From Trichodelitschia bisporula (taxonomy: Eukaryota), in contig ML996712.1 in assembly GCA_010356995.1 (NCBI GenBank), positions 1 to 64,000 of the forward strand: a stretch of 64,000 bases of DNA, in the 5' to 3' direction. How positions within the stretch are numbered: the stretch's first letter is position 1; every line of letters begins with the position of its first letter. Of the stretch, positions 10,532 through 23,311 are shown in pieces. The translations under genes were made by a program, and so were the position numbers. The notes below the pieces were generated by a model that worked only from the letters and a program-made list of their open reading frames with translations, made no database searches and was not told where the DNA came from.

Positions 10532-10836
10532 CACTCACCCGCTACACAGCAAACAGGCCACGGTCAGCAATCATCGCATCTCGTCCATGTCAGATACGGC
10601 CACTCACCAACTACACCAGCAACGAGGCCACGGTCAGCAATCATCGCATCTCGTTCATGTCAAGTGGGTCTACTTGCGCCCTAAATCAACCAATAAGCCA
10701 CGGTCAGCAATCATCGCATCGCGTCCATGTCACATAGGAGCACTAACGCGCTATATCAGCCAACAGGCCACGGTCAGCAATCATCGCATCTTGTCCATAT
10801 CAAGTAGGTCCGCTTACCTCCTACATCGGCACTCAA
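10532..10836. repeat. 70-bp-period tandem array with a conserved 36-bp half and a variable 34-bp half
   Basis: GCCACGGTCAGCAATCATCGCATCTCGTCCATGTCA (0-2 mismatches) at 10557, 10627, 10697 and 10767, with exact 70-bp spacing. Confidence 0.95.
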
Positions 10837-10992
10837 GATTAGCTAGTCAGCCTGGCCTGAATTATCTTTATGCATACCCGCTAAATTCGCATTACATCTG
10901 GGACTTCATCTTCGACTTGCGCTTCATACGTACAGTGAAACTTCCATGGGGGCCTTTAACAGTATAAAGGCGATCCCGGAGTACGTTCAACA

Positions 10993-11186
10993 TGTTGGCG
11001 GAAGTGCTCAAAGAATTGTGTGAGAAAAGATTGATTGCCCAGCTTGTTACCTTCTCTATTTTACAGAATGAACAGTATATATCCATGATGATTCTCCAGG
11101 ATGTTCCCGAACTTCATCGGACTTCGGCGTCGTCCATCTTCGTCACTTCGGTGTTCGCCGTGCCAAGCCTGCATTTCCGGGTAACA
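10993..11186 (-). mobile_element. Candidate solo LTR (194 bp)
   Basis: TGTT...AACA ends flanked by CAACA/CGACA (4/5, probable TSD); similar to 4425-4564. Confidence 0.55.
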
Positions 11187-11799
11187 CGACATCGGGTATG
11201 CCGACATCCCCCCCCCCGCTTCCTCCATCTCCTCCCATCCTATTCTTCCATTCTTCTCCGTATCCGTTACCTACCACTCATGGCCCTCCATTTCATCTTC
11301 GAGTAAAGAGTATTACTGGCCTACGTAACTGGAATCTGCATTCACCCTGCGCCTGGTCTTCCACTGCGTTCCGTACGATGCCCCCTCCCACTCCATCATC
11401 ACCTCCCCCTACGCACCCCTCTCCCTACCCTTGATATCCAAACCTAGCTCACAATTGCTCTAGTGAGTGGATTGCGGCAACTTGCACCAATTGCCAGTGC
11501 GCAAGGAGACACTTGTTGGCCGCCCGGTGGGAGCAACAGCATCAACAACTAGTACGCACATAGCCCTGGCCTAGCTAGAAGGAACCGCGGCGCAGTATCG
11601 ACAATCACCAGGATTTGGGTTAGGGAAAGGTCTGGTGAGGGTTGGAGCTGTTTTGTGCTTGGTTGAGTGAGGTAGAGGCATGATGTAAAGGGAATAGAGA
11701 AAATGCGCGAGTGCGGAGCAGGCGAAGGGCTCCAAGTGTGCCGGGACAGAAGGGTTCATCAATATCAGTCCAAGCGGCTTTGTGGGGAGGTCTGATCAG

Positions 11800-12568
11800 G
11801 CACGGCGAGCGCTCCGCCTGACCAGTGAAAGCGCAAGGCCAAAGAAGGCCCCAATGGGGAAAACAATGGGGAAACACCGACGAGGAAGCCTCTCGCCGTC
11901 CTCCCGAACTGCGCTCCAGGGAGGTCGCCCTTCCTCGAGGTTGTCAATGATCCCGCCATTCATCCATGTAGCTGAGATCCCGTCGTCGGGAACATTCATC
12001 GTCACGCATGCGCGCAGAACTTGTGGAGGGAGTCGAACATGACGCTGCTCAGAGTTTGGGGATGCGTTGCAGTGTCGGAGGGGCGGGTGCGCCACTCGGC
12101 TCGTAGATGTCGGACACTACGCTGTTGGTGAACCTCTGGGACGTTCCGGGGAGTTATATAGAAGCCAGAGCATGCATCTCCTCCGGACGTGCCTCCGTCG
12201 CAGCCACCTCGTGCGATGGGGAGAAGGCGACGGCGCCGGGCAGTATCAGCCAGTGATGTGGATGTAGGGATCGCCTGAACTTCTTCAGTCGGTTCCTCGT
12301 CCCGTACGCCGCATGCCCCTCTGCGTTGCTCGCTGGCATGCCAAAGTCCATCACCGGGAATGGTAGTGGGAGGTGGGGGAAATGCTCCACACCCACTGCC
12401 CAGATCCTCCCGCGTCAGACCCGACTTCCGCTCCATGCACACCGTGCGCTCCGTGTTGACGCCGCCGCGCGCATAATTCGGATGGAAAGATGGCGCGTCC
12501 GGGTCGATGTTCTTGTTCTTTGGGGGCCGACACTTCCTTTCGACGACTGTGAGCCTCGGTTCAGGCAT
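11800..12568 (-). pseudogene. Possible degenerate orphan gene
   Basis: ATG at 12568 opens a protein-like exon (MPEPRLTVVERKC...TREDLG) followed by a GTGGGT donor. The downstream frame is interrupted by stops. No family recognised. Confidence 0.2.
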
Positions 12569-13789
12569 GGTCGCTGACTGTTTGACGTTGGGCGATGGTG
12601 TGGACGTCGGGGGCGGGAACGTCAGGTGTAGGAAACGATGGGTTAGAACGAAGGTCTAAGAGGTGGTGGAGGGGAAGAATAAGAGGGCGTATCTGCGATG
12701 TTGTAAGGGCGTGGAGGTATAGAGCGGCTGCGCCGTGGGCCGGACACGCCCGCACCCTTTGACTTTGGCCTTCGGCTGGCGGTTCACTCAAATAGGCGAT
12801 TCGGGTCTGCCGCTTCGTCTTCCCTGAGGACTTTGGCATGACGAGGTTATCAACTCCGGATCTAGCGCTACGTCAGCCTTGCATTCCCAAGCGCGAGAAC
12901 ATGGGGAATACCTTGGAACAAGGGGTACATATCATTGTAGCAAGTCGTCTTCACTTCGGTCTCGCTGGTATACTTTGCAACGTACGTCAAGATGCCGTGT
13001 GGTGTGGCACACGGGGTTATATCCGTATTGGCAAGCCACCCGGTGGTATACTGTGGTAGTGTAAGCTAAGGAAGGCGGAAGGAGGCCTAATGCCCACCTC
13101 CACCATGCTCACTGAGGATCAGTTCATGGGTAAGGTTAGCGAGCGCGCTCCTGTCAGATTATGACACGCTGGGTAATGGTCGAGGCCGCAGTGTGTCTGT
13201 CGGGCCCACAGTTCATACCCAACATGCGTGTCTGATTCCCCGCCTCGTCCTAGGGGATCGCGGCGGTGAAGGCGACGATCACACAGTCAGCTGTGCAGAC
13301 TCGGTGGAGAGGAGATGGAGTGCGGGTCGTTGAAGCCATGGACGTGCGTGGATCTTCTAGACCTTCACGGGAGCGGAGGTTGAAAGAGATGGTAAGTCGC
13401 CAGTGCCGATGATGAGGGGTCAATCGCCGGTAAACACACAAAGAACTCCCGCGCAATGCTCGCGCATGGCCGGCGGGAGAGACGTGGGTGAATAGTAAGG
13501 GAACGTCCGGAGATATATAGTTGGTGGAGAGGAAGGGGGAGATATATAGTCGGGTCAAAACTAGGTGATGATGTACTGGAGCTGCGTGATTACGAAGGCC
13601 AGAGCCAGGCGACTGCGGTGATTGCTTGAATACCATGATTGCTAGGACAAAGACGCAATCGCCAGCCCACGGCCTACAATCACAGAGCAATCCCAGGTGA
13701 AAGCCGATTCGATTGATCTAAATGATACGCCGGTTATGCGTCTAGACTCTACTTTTGTGTAAGCACGAACCAAACTCGCAGCGCGACGG

Positions 13790-14673
13790 CTATTCCCACT
13801 CCGTCCCCTTGAGGCGCTGCATGAGGTATTCCACCTCCACCACCTTAGTCAGGGGAATCACAACATCCTGCCCACATCAGCCTAACCACCTCAAAACCAG
13901 CAGCAACTCACCTTATACATCGCCACCACAGCCTCAACATCAATCTTCCCCGGATCCTGACTCGCCTCATCCGGATCCGTCCCATACGTCTTCGCCTTCA
14001 ACCTCAACCGTTCTAGCACCATCTTCTCCACCTTCGCATTCGTAATCGCCTCATCAATCCCCTTCCGATCCTCCGCTTTGATCAGCGCCACAAACCGCTC
14101 CGTCTCGGTCTGGAACTTGCTCTCCGCGACAAACTTCCCGAAGTGGATACGCCGGGATAAGGCTTGGAGGCAGGGGACGTCGCAGGTGGCTGCGCTGCCG
14201 TAGTTCTCGCGGCTCTCGCCCCGGTCCTGCCGTGCTGCGCACACGGCGGGGAGGATGTCCTCGATGTACGCGCGCTTGAGCTCCGCGTTCACGTCCACGG
14301 TGTTGGAGTGCAGGATCGTGGGATAGTGCAAGGGTGCGAGGATAGGCTCCTGCAGCGCGTCTGGGAAGAAAGGGTATTCATCGGGGGACTGGTAGCGGCG
14401 GACGAGGGAATGCAACCGCTCCTGCTCGCGCAGCATCCAGTCGAAGAGGCTGAGGTCGGAGTTGGGGATGGCGACGCCGCCGGGGGAGTAGATGGTGGCG
14501 TTGAGGGGGAATTGGGCGCGCTCGATGAGGTAGAAGGTTATTGTGTCTTCGAGACGGCTGCGGATTGAGTTGCGCCCCGCGTTTTTGGGGGGCAAGGCTT
14601 ACATTAGTTGGTAGCGGATGTTGGAGAGGTCGAGGGCTTTGGAGGGGTGGGTGAGGTCGATTGTGGAGTCCAT
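13790..14673 (-). CDS. ARO7: Chorismate mutase (AroQ, eukaryotic type); introns 14558-14602 and 13868-13911
   Basis: Spliced model is 264 aa: [88 protein letters not shown]. Confidence 0.97.
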
Positions 14674-15000
14674 TTTGGGGGGAGGGGGGAATGGCGGTGT
14701 TAGAAGGGGTGAATTGGGTTGGTGAGAAGGTGGTGATGCAGCTTTTATGTTGTTTCGCAGTCAGACTGCCGTCAGACGTGTGTTGTCCGCACATCGCAGC
14801 TGACGGAGTGCAAGGTCCGGCTTGGCATTTCGTGCAACTTTTCCGGCATCGCCAACTCCCATCAACGGCGTCATCTCGTCGTCCGGTCGTCTACCTCCGT
14901 AATCTCCCCACCCTCTTTTCTTCTCGACTTCATTCTCCTCCTACTAATCCCACACACGCATGCCCGCTCTAGGACCCACGCCACGCTCCCCGCCCCCCCC

Positions 15001-17072
15001 ATGGCCAGCCGCAATGCCTCGCCGCCTAACACCGCGCCCGCCAGCAACCGCTCGTCGATAATAATGTCCGACGACGAGTCCATCATCAACGTGCGTCCCC
15101 GTCTCGCCTCATTTCTTGTCACTAACTAGTATCCCCAGACTCGCCAACTCGAGGCCTTCAGCCGCAAAGTCACCGCCACCGCCTCCTTCCTCATCGCCGA
15201 CTCCGCACCCGCCACCTACCACGCCGCCGTGGGCGACATCCACCGCGAACTCCGCCGGCCCCTCATGCAACGCTCGCTCTTTTCCTTCACGCAGAGCGGG
15301 CCGCGCGAGCTCGTGCGCTCCACGCTGAGCAGCGCTGAGATCCAGCACCGCGCGCTGGCGTCCATTCCCGATGAGTTGCTTGCTCACGTGCCCGAGCCTA
15401 CAAATGCCTATTCCCTGTTTCAAGGCTTCCAGGCCTCGCTGCCAGATGCAGATGAGCGCAGGCGCGGCCGGAGGCGGAGTCGCAGGCTCTTGACGGAGAA
15501 TGAACGGGAGGAGGACGATGGCGCGCCGCCGCAGCTGCGCGAGTTGCGGAATGAGAAACTGAGTCTGCATCATAGGCTTGAGATGCTGGGCGTGAGGAAG
15601 AACATGTGCAGCACCGAAATCCGCGAAATAGACACGAAGATCGCGAACCTGCACCACATGCGCACCATCGTCCTCGAGCGGCTCGCGGGGCTCGAAACCG
15701 AAGAACTGGATCTCGAAGCCGAGATCTCGGGCGTGGACAACCGACTCGAGGACTTAACTGAAGAACTAGAAGATGCGGCTCAGCGCGCCAAAACCCCCTC
15801 ATCGCAAGGTGACCGCGACCCCGCCGCGCCAGACTTCATGTCCGAATCTATCTACGAGAAGATACCCGAGCCGCGGTCCCGGCGCAAGCGCGCTAATCGC
15901 CGCACCACGACCCCGATTCTGCACGAGCATTTGGAGCCCGGGAGTCGGATCAAGGAGTTGCATGCACATACCGATGCTATCACGGCGCTGGACTTCGACG
16001 TCCCGTTCGGCACCATGGTGACGGCCGCGCTGGACGACACCGTGCGGGTATGGGACCTCAACGCGGGGCGGTGCATGGGTCTGCTCGAGGGGCACCTTTC
16101 CTCCGTGCGCTGCCTGCAAGTCGAAGACGAGATCGTGGCCACCGGGTCCTCGGACGCTTCCATTCGTTTGTGGGATCTCTCCCGCGCGGCGTACGCACCA
16201 CGCGATAACCGAATCACTAGACCGGCCTCCGCAGCGAGCGACGACGGCCTCGACTACCACAACGAAGGCGACGAGCCTCCCCCACCCCCCCCGACCAGCA
16301 TGGCCGACTGCCCGCTCTTCAGCCTCAGCGCACACGTCGCCGAAGTCACAGCGCTGCACTTCCGCGGCAACACGCTTGTCTCCGGGTCCGCAGATAAAAC
16401 GCTGAGACAATGGGACTTGGAAAAGGGCCGCTGCGTCCAGACGCTCGATGTACTCTGGGCGGCGGCGCAGGCGGGCACGGAGGGGGGTGTGTGGAGGGGC
16501 CAGGGGCGCGGGAAGGGGGCGGATTTTGTGGGCGCGTTGCAGTGCTTTGATGCGGCGCTGGCGTGTGGGACGGCGGATGGGATGGTGAGACTTTGGGATT
16601 TGAGGTCCGGGCAGGTGCATCGGAGTTTGGTGGGGCATACGGGCCCCGTCACGGCACTGCAGTTTGATGATGTACATCTTGTTACGGGGAGTGGGGATCG
16701 GAGTATTAGGGTAGGTGTTCTCTTCTGAGGGGTGAGGAGGTGTTTGGGGAGAGCTGGGCTAACGGGTGCTAGATCTGGGACCTCCGCACGGGCTCCATCT
16801 ACGACGCCTTCGCGTACGACAACCCGATCAGCAGCATGATGTTCGATGCGCGACGCATTGTCGCCGCGGCGGGCGAGGATGTGGTTAAGGTTTATGATAA
16901 GACTGACGGACGGCATTGGGAGTGTGGGCCGGCGGCGCTGGCGGCGAGGGAGGGGACGGAGAGTAGGGCGGCGGTGGTGGAGAGGGTTAGGATTCGCGAC
17001 GGGTTAGGGAGAGGGGGAGGGAGAGTTGGTGGGGGGGAAGAGGGGAATTGGGAGAGGTGGGAGTGTACATGA
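15001..17072 (+). CDS. MDV1: Mitochondrial fission adaptor Mdv1/Caf4 (N-terminal extension, coiled coil, WD40 repeats); introns 15091-15138 and 16711-16772
   Basis: YSLFQGFQA motif, coiled coil [21 protein letters not shown]40 repeats [31 protein letters not shown] and [32 protein letters not shown]. The last roughly 25 codons look atypical. Confidence 0.93.
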
Positions 17073-17410
17073 TGAGGTGGACTGGGACGGGCGGTGGAGG
17101 TACATGGACCGTTGCGGTTCTTATTGGCGCTACGTGAATCGGACGCCGCAGGGTGTTTCTACCTGCTTATCCCCTATCATGGTCTTACCAGCCTCGCCTC
17201 AGCCTTACCTAAGTATCTCATTGCAGGTCTAACACAACCACGCGATGATATTCGCCCCATCTTCTCCACATAGCATTAGCAGTCTATGCAGAAAACCCAT
17301 TGCTCCGCAACGTCTCTACCCTCCACCCAGCCCCCCCCCCCCCCCCCCCCTGCGCCTCTCCGATCCGCATGCACAAGCCAGACGACCGTCCCACAGACCC
17401 AGTCCCCAGC

Positions 17411-18758
17411 CTACTTCTTCGCAAAAAAACTCGTAATACTCCCCTGCCCCGCACCACCCCCCTTTTTCCCCTTTTTCCCCCCCTTCTCCACCACCACCGG
17501 CATCGGCCTCTTCTTAACAACAGGCACTGGCTCATCCTCCGAAAAACTCTCCCACGCCTTCTCCTCCCTCGTCACCAGATACCCCTCCTCATCCTCCATC
17601 TGCACCTTCCGCACCACGCGCCTCTTGCCTCTTCGTCGGCCCCCCGTGGCTACGACGGCGCACTCCGTGCCTTCGGGCTCGTCTGGCTTTTTGGAGGGGG
17701 GGGCGCTTTCGTCCATGCCCACATCCTCGGGACTCTCGACGGGCGTCGCGGCCCCGGTCCCTGTCCCACTGCCAGCTCCGCTGCCGGCGTCGAGCATCTC
17801 CTCGTCCTCCCCGTCGAACATCCGCCGCCGCGCTTCGGCGCGTGCTTCCCGCGCCGCGAGCTGGGCGCGGACGATCTCGGGCGCCACTGCTTCTGCTTCG
17901 GCTTCCGAGTTGTGCTCGTCCGAGGACATGCCCATCAGCGCGTCGCCGTCTGCGTCGGTAGCCGGGGCCGATGCCGACGCCGAGGCTGCGGTGGGGTTTT
18001 TATAGGCTGGCTTGGGAGTTTTGGCGAAGGAGGCGGCGAGGGCGGATGGCTTCTTCGCTGGGCCGGGTTTGGAGGAAGAGGTTGTGGGCGTGGGTTTGGG
18101 TTTAGCGGGTCCGGAGGAGGATTTCGCAAAAAAATCCTTGGCGGCGGGTTTTTCCTTCGGTTTAGCTGGCGCCTTGGAGGGGAGGGAAGGTGTGGACGAG
18201 GGGTTCGATGCCGCCACGCGCGTGGCGGCGGGGAGGCTACGTGCGGCTGTGATGGCGCGCCGTTTTGCGGCGGGGTTGTGAATCGTGCCGTACGTGTTCC
18301 ATTGCGCGAGGGGATCGGCCTCGGGGTCGCGCGCGCGCGCATTGGCGCTGGAGAGCAGTGCGGGGTTTGGATTCGGGACGGGGGAGAGGGCGTAGATGCA
18401 TACTGTCGGTTGGCCGGAGAAGCTGGCTAGCGTGCTGGGGAGGGATGAGGAGGGGATGAGGGCGGTTGTTGTTGTTGGGATTGCTTCGTCGCTGTTGGAG
18501 GAGGGCGTAGAAGGGGAGGTGCTGCGGGTGCCGGATACCAGGTAGATGGCGTGCAGGTCGGAGTGTTTGGGCGAGTGCGTGCGGTGGAAGGAGGAGAGGC
18601 ATTGCTTTGCGGTGTGGGTGTGGATGCGCAGGGCGCGTGAGAGGGTGAAGTAGGTTACCTGCTTACGTTAGGGATTGTAGGAGAGGGGATTGAGGGGAGA
18701 GTACCACTTGGCCCTCGTTCAGCACCGCGATGGCGAGGTATTCGGTTGCGCGGTCCAT
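17411..18758 (-). CDS. POL32: DNA polymerase delta subunit 3 (Cdc27/Pol32/POLD3); intron 18659-18704
   Basis: N-terminal VVTYFTLSRALRIHTHTAKQCL, C-terminal RRRGKRRVVRKVQMEDEEGYLVTREEKAWESFSEDE and PIP box QGSITSFF. Confidence 0.93.
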
Positions 18759-18979
18759 TGCGTTGTCGTGATGTGAGGTCGTGGTGTTGTGGATGGAGAT
18801 CCTTACTCCGGGCCCACGCGTCGCGTTTTGCCCATCCCCGCGAGCACGTGCGGGCTCTTAACGACGCGTTACGCAGCCTAGGCAGCAGGTGAACGACATC
18901 GCCAACACTTCCCCCTCACTCCCCCCTCACTTCCCCTCACTTCCCCTCTCCAAAAGAATCCCTCCAAACAATAAAAAAC
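18759..18979. promoter_or_regulatory. Compact bidirectional promoter with MCB elements
   Basis: 221 bp between divergent ATGs. ACGCGT at 18816 and 18864, TCGCGT at 18821, CACGTG at 18845. This fits MBF control of a replication gene. Confidence 0.65.
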
Positions 18980-21900
18980 ATGGAATCCGCCGACGACACC
19001 GACCTCGCGCTGCTCACGGCCTCAGCCGGCCTGCTAACCGACGTGCGGAACATGCTGCCGGGTCTGCTCTTCAAGACGAAGCACGGCGAGACGAAGGTGC
19101 ACCGCGTAGTTAAGGTGGGGGAGCTGTATCGCTTGATCGGACGAGTGCGTCTTCCTACATATGATCTACTATAAGGAAGGGCATAAAGCTAAACCCCCCA
19201 GCTCGAGCCCTTCCAAGAAGACTCCCAACTCCTCGACACCGCCCTCACGCACATCCTCCCCCCCCTCGTACGCGCCTACATCGCAAGCCTAACCTCCAAA
19301 CCCATCCCCACGCTCCCAGCCTCCTGCGTCCCGCTCCGCTACGCCGTATCCCAGATCCTGAACACCCTGTGCAAAGTCCGCGGCGAGAAAGTCATCACCT
19401 ATTTCCTGTCCAACGAACCCCGCTACCTCGAGCCCCTCCTCAGCGCGTTTGAAAAAGGGGCAGAGCATGATGTGTTGGGGAGCGCGACGCCGCAGGAGTG
19501 GGCCGTACGCTACGTGCTCCTGCTGTGGTTGGGGCATTTGATGCTCACGCCCTTCGATCTGGCTACGATATCGGAGTACGTGCCCGAGTCGCGCGAGTGG
19601 GACAACTTCACGCCCCCGTCCGATTTGCCGGGTATCCCGCTCCGCATCTTACCGCTGGCCTTCGCGGGCCTGCGCACGGCGACCAAGGAAAGCAATGCCG
19701 CAGCGCGGCTGCTGGCACGCCTATGTCTGCGCCCGGATATGCGCAAGCTGGGCCTGCTGGACGCGGTTGTCACCTGGGCACTAGCCTCGCTCGCGCCGTC
19801 CGAGACCGAAGTCACCGACATTCACGCCTACCTGGGCTTGCTCACCTTCCTCAGCGCGCTCGTGTCGGCGGGGACAGGCGACGAGGTCGGCTCCTATTAC
19901 GAGCGCATCTTTGCCGCCACGCAAACCGTCCTCGAAGCCCCGTCCTTCGGCCCCATCCGCGCCTCCGCCGTAGCCCGCAAGTTACTGGTCAAAACGCACC
20001 GCGCTATCGCGATACACACGCTCACACTCGACCCCTCCTCCCCGCTCATCGAAGAAGTAATAGCGCACCTTCTCTCCTCCCTCGCAGACACCGACTCCCC
20101 CGTCCGCCTCTCCGCATCCAAATCCCTCGCCACGCTGACTCAAGCCCTACCCCCCGCCTTTGCGTCCGACGTAATCGACGCCCTACACTCCGCGTTCGAC
20201 GACGACGTGCTAGACGGGGATACGAGCGCCGTATCCCCGCTGCGCTGGCACGGCCTAACACTCACCCTATCCCATCTCCTCTACCGCCGCGCCATCCCCC
20301 CCACCCACCTCCCTCCCAGCCTAGACGTCCTCCTCCGCGCCCTAACCTTCGCCCAACGCAGCCCCACCGGCGCCGCAGTAGGCAGCAACGTGCGCGACGC
20401 CGCCAACTTCGGCATCTGGTCCATCTCCCGACGCTACACGACCGCCGAGCTAGAACCCATTCCCGCCTCCACCCTCAGCACCCCCTCCCCGCACTCCCTC
20501 CCGCAAACCCTCGCCCTCAATCTCCTCACCACCGCCACCCTGGACCCAAGCGGGAATATCCGGCGCGGCGCCAGTGCGGCCCTGCAGGAACTGACGGGGC
20601 GCCACCCGGCCTGCATCGCCGCGGGCATACCCCTCGTCCAGACTATCGATTTCCACGCCGTAGGCCTCCGCGCACGTGCAGTTACTGGGCTTGCGCCCGC
20701 GGCGGCGAGGCTGCATGCTATGTACTTCGATGCCCTGGCTGATGCCCTGCTGGGCTGGCGCGGTGTGCGGGCGGGGGATGCGCCGGCGCGGGAAGTCGCG
20801 GCGCAAGCACTGGGCGCGATGGCCGCGGCGCGTGAAGCACACGTTCTACACGAAATCGTGGGTAAGGTGCGTAAGGAGCTAGAAGCGCTGCGCGAGCACG
20901 AGGTCGAGGATAGGCACGGGCTGCTCCTCGCCCTCGCCGCCCTTGTCCAGCGCGCCGTCGACGCCCTCGCCTCCCCAGCCACCGATACAATAGTCCCGCG
21001 CACGCGCGCCGATCTAAAGCCGCTCCTCTCTATCTGGGACCTGCTAACCACGCTCCCCCTGCCCGAAGCAGCCTTCAAGTCGCCTCCAATGCGGCCGGAT
21101 CTCACCGCCGTCGCGGTGCCGAGTCTAATTACCTCCCTCACCGCGCTGTCCACCGCGCTGTCCACGCCGCAGGCATTCACGCCTTCGCTCCAACGCGCCG
21201 CGCAACTGCTGGCATACTGCTTCCCCCGCGCGGCGGCCCAGCCCGTCCTCGGCAGCGCAATGGTTGGCGTCGCCGCGCTGCTCCCGTCCATGCATCGCAA
21301 CGCCCTCGCGGACACCTACATGAATACATCACCGAGCGACCGCGCCTCGATGGGTACCGGGCTGCCCACCGTCCTCGGCGCGATATATCCGCTCCTCTGG
21401 CCCTCCATGCGCACCAAAATCATCACCACATTGGAAAGTTTCCCCACGACTCCAATGGCGGTGCAAGTCGCCACGCTGCACGCGCTGGGCGACATCCTCG
21501 TCGCCATCGCAGGCAAACACGACCTCCCAACCGAAGACGACATCGCAGCTGAAGGCGGCAATGTAGCCGAAGACGAGGACGCGAATCTGGAGCGTGCGGC
21601 TTTGGCCCTCTTGCGTGGGCTGAACGACTACACCCTCACGGCCCGCGGCGACGAAGGATCCCTCGCGCGCGCCGCCGCACTGGCTTCCGTGCAACGCGCC
21701 TGGGAAGCGCAGCTCTCCTTGCCTGCGACGATCCGCGCAGCCGTGGCGCGACTGGCCCACGAGCGCTTGGACAGGGTGCGGGTGGCAGCGGCAAAGTGCC
21801 TGTGCTTCGGCATACCCGTGAAAAACGATGATGGAACGGCGGCCGAGGAGCACTGTTTCCCTGGTCCGCCGCAGGAGATCGACATGCAGGCCGTGAGCGC

Positions 21901-22546
21901 GGAGAAGTACTTTTTTTCTGCGCTTTTTGTGCTGGAGCGCCCTGCGAGCATGCTATACCGGCGGTCGGTGCTGCAGGGCTTGGTTAGCTCGGCCGGGCTG
22001 GGAGGGGAGGGCGTCCGGGCGGCGGCGCGGGCGGCGCTGGTTCATCGCCTCGACCGGTTGAATCCCAAGACCTCCCAGCCGCTGCCCAGCGCTGACCGGC
22101 CTGCGGAGCGGGCGCTGAGCTTGGGCGAGACGGCGGGGTTGTTGCTTGATGTGCTGAAGGAGAGTATGGGGGATGAGCGGCTCGAACCCCCCATTCTCGA
22201 TGTTTGGGCCTTTGTGTTGGACATGGGATGCCTAGACCGGCTCGGAGACGAGTTCGCGTGGGAGACGGTCCTGACGCTGGTGAGCAAGACGCATTGGCGG
22301 AGTGGGAATGTGAGGAAGGTGATGCTGGCGCTGGACTGTTATAGGGGGTTGGGGAGGGTGAAGAGGATTCGGGCTGAGGTGTTGAGGAGGGTGGGCGGTT
22401 TGGCGACGGGAGGCGTGGGTGCGGTGAGGGGGCCGGCGGCGGAGGTGTTGTGGGTGTTGACGGGGGATGAGAGTCTTAAGAAGGTGGATTGGGCGGCTTC
22501 GAGGGCGGTGTTGAAGGGGGCGCTGGAGGGGAAGGTTTGGACTTGA
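18980..22546 (+). CDS. TBCD: Tubulin-specific chaperone (cofactor) D; intron 19145-19201
   Basis: LEPFQEDSQLLD, LCKVRGEKVI, RYVLLLWLGHLMLTPFDL, WHGLTLTL, GSNVRDAANFGIWSISRRY, DPSGNIRRGASAALQELTGR, DYTLTARGDEGS, ERLDRVR. Confidence 0.95.
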
Positions 22547-23311
22547 GGGAGAGGTAAGACTGAGGCGCGAGAAACGACGCAATGATGGAAGGATAGGCTG
22601 GACAGCTTCAATAGCTACGAGATGAAGCGACATGCTCATGAATGACGAAGAGAAGAAGCGAGTCGGAGACTTTAGAGACTTAAATCCACGATTGCCAAGT
22701 ATCCTCCTTCCCTCAACCATTCGTTCATTACGTCATGCCCCTTATTATGCTCCTCCCCGGCATACCAAAGATGGATGCTAGGCTTGATGTCTGAGCGAAG
22801 TGCCTGCCCGCGAGCGTTGAGACTACCGGGTAAGGCGCGGGTGATCGCTGCTTATGTACCGTATGAGGCTTTGTGAGGGATCAGCTGGGTTGTGGGTAGT
22901 GGGTCGGATCGGCGCTGTTAATATCGTGGCTCGGCTGTGTTGGGTGTACCGTATATTGCGATCGACGGCTAGATTAGCGGATCACGCACTCTGCGCATGG
23001 CATCTGAGGCGGGCGGGAGATCGTCCGGGGCTAGCATAACGTGCGAAATTGACTCCAGACGGCGTTTGGAAGTCGCGTAGCGGCTCAACTTCAGCCATCG
23101 CCGGAGACCCAGTCCGACATCCACCTTGAAAAGCGGGACACGCAGAGCTGAAGAATCGCATCACCCGGCAGACATGACCGCGCGCAATCCCAAGTGCTCG
23201 CGGCATAAACGAGCGTATCATTAATTACACAAAATCAGAACTAAACATATCCCCCTTTCCCTCCAGGCCTCCGAGGCCAAACCCATCCCATCCCAACCCC
23301 AACCCAGCCAT

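Noticed and set aside
10557..10802. True CRISPR array
   Set aside because: Fungal context, no cas genes, and the spacer-like parts are alignable with each other. Kept as a tandem array finding instead.
17331..17350. C20 homopolymer as a telomeric or regulatory element
   Set aside because: A simple run in a 3' UTR region. Such C/G runs are common throughout this window.
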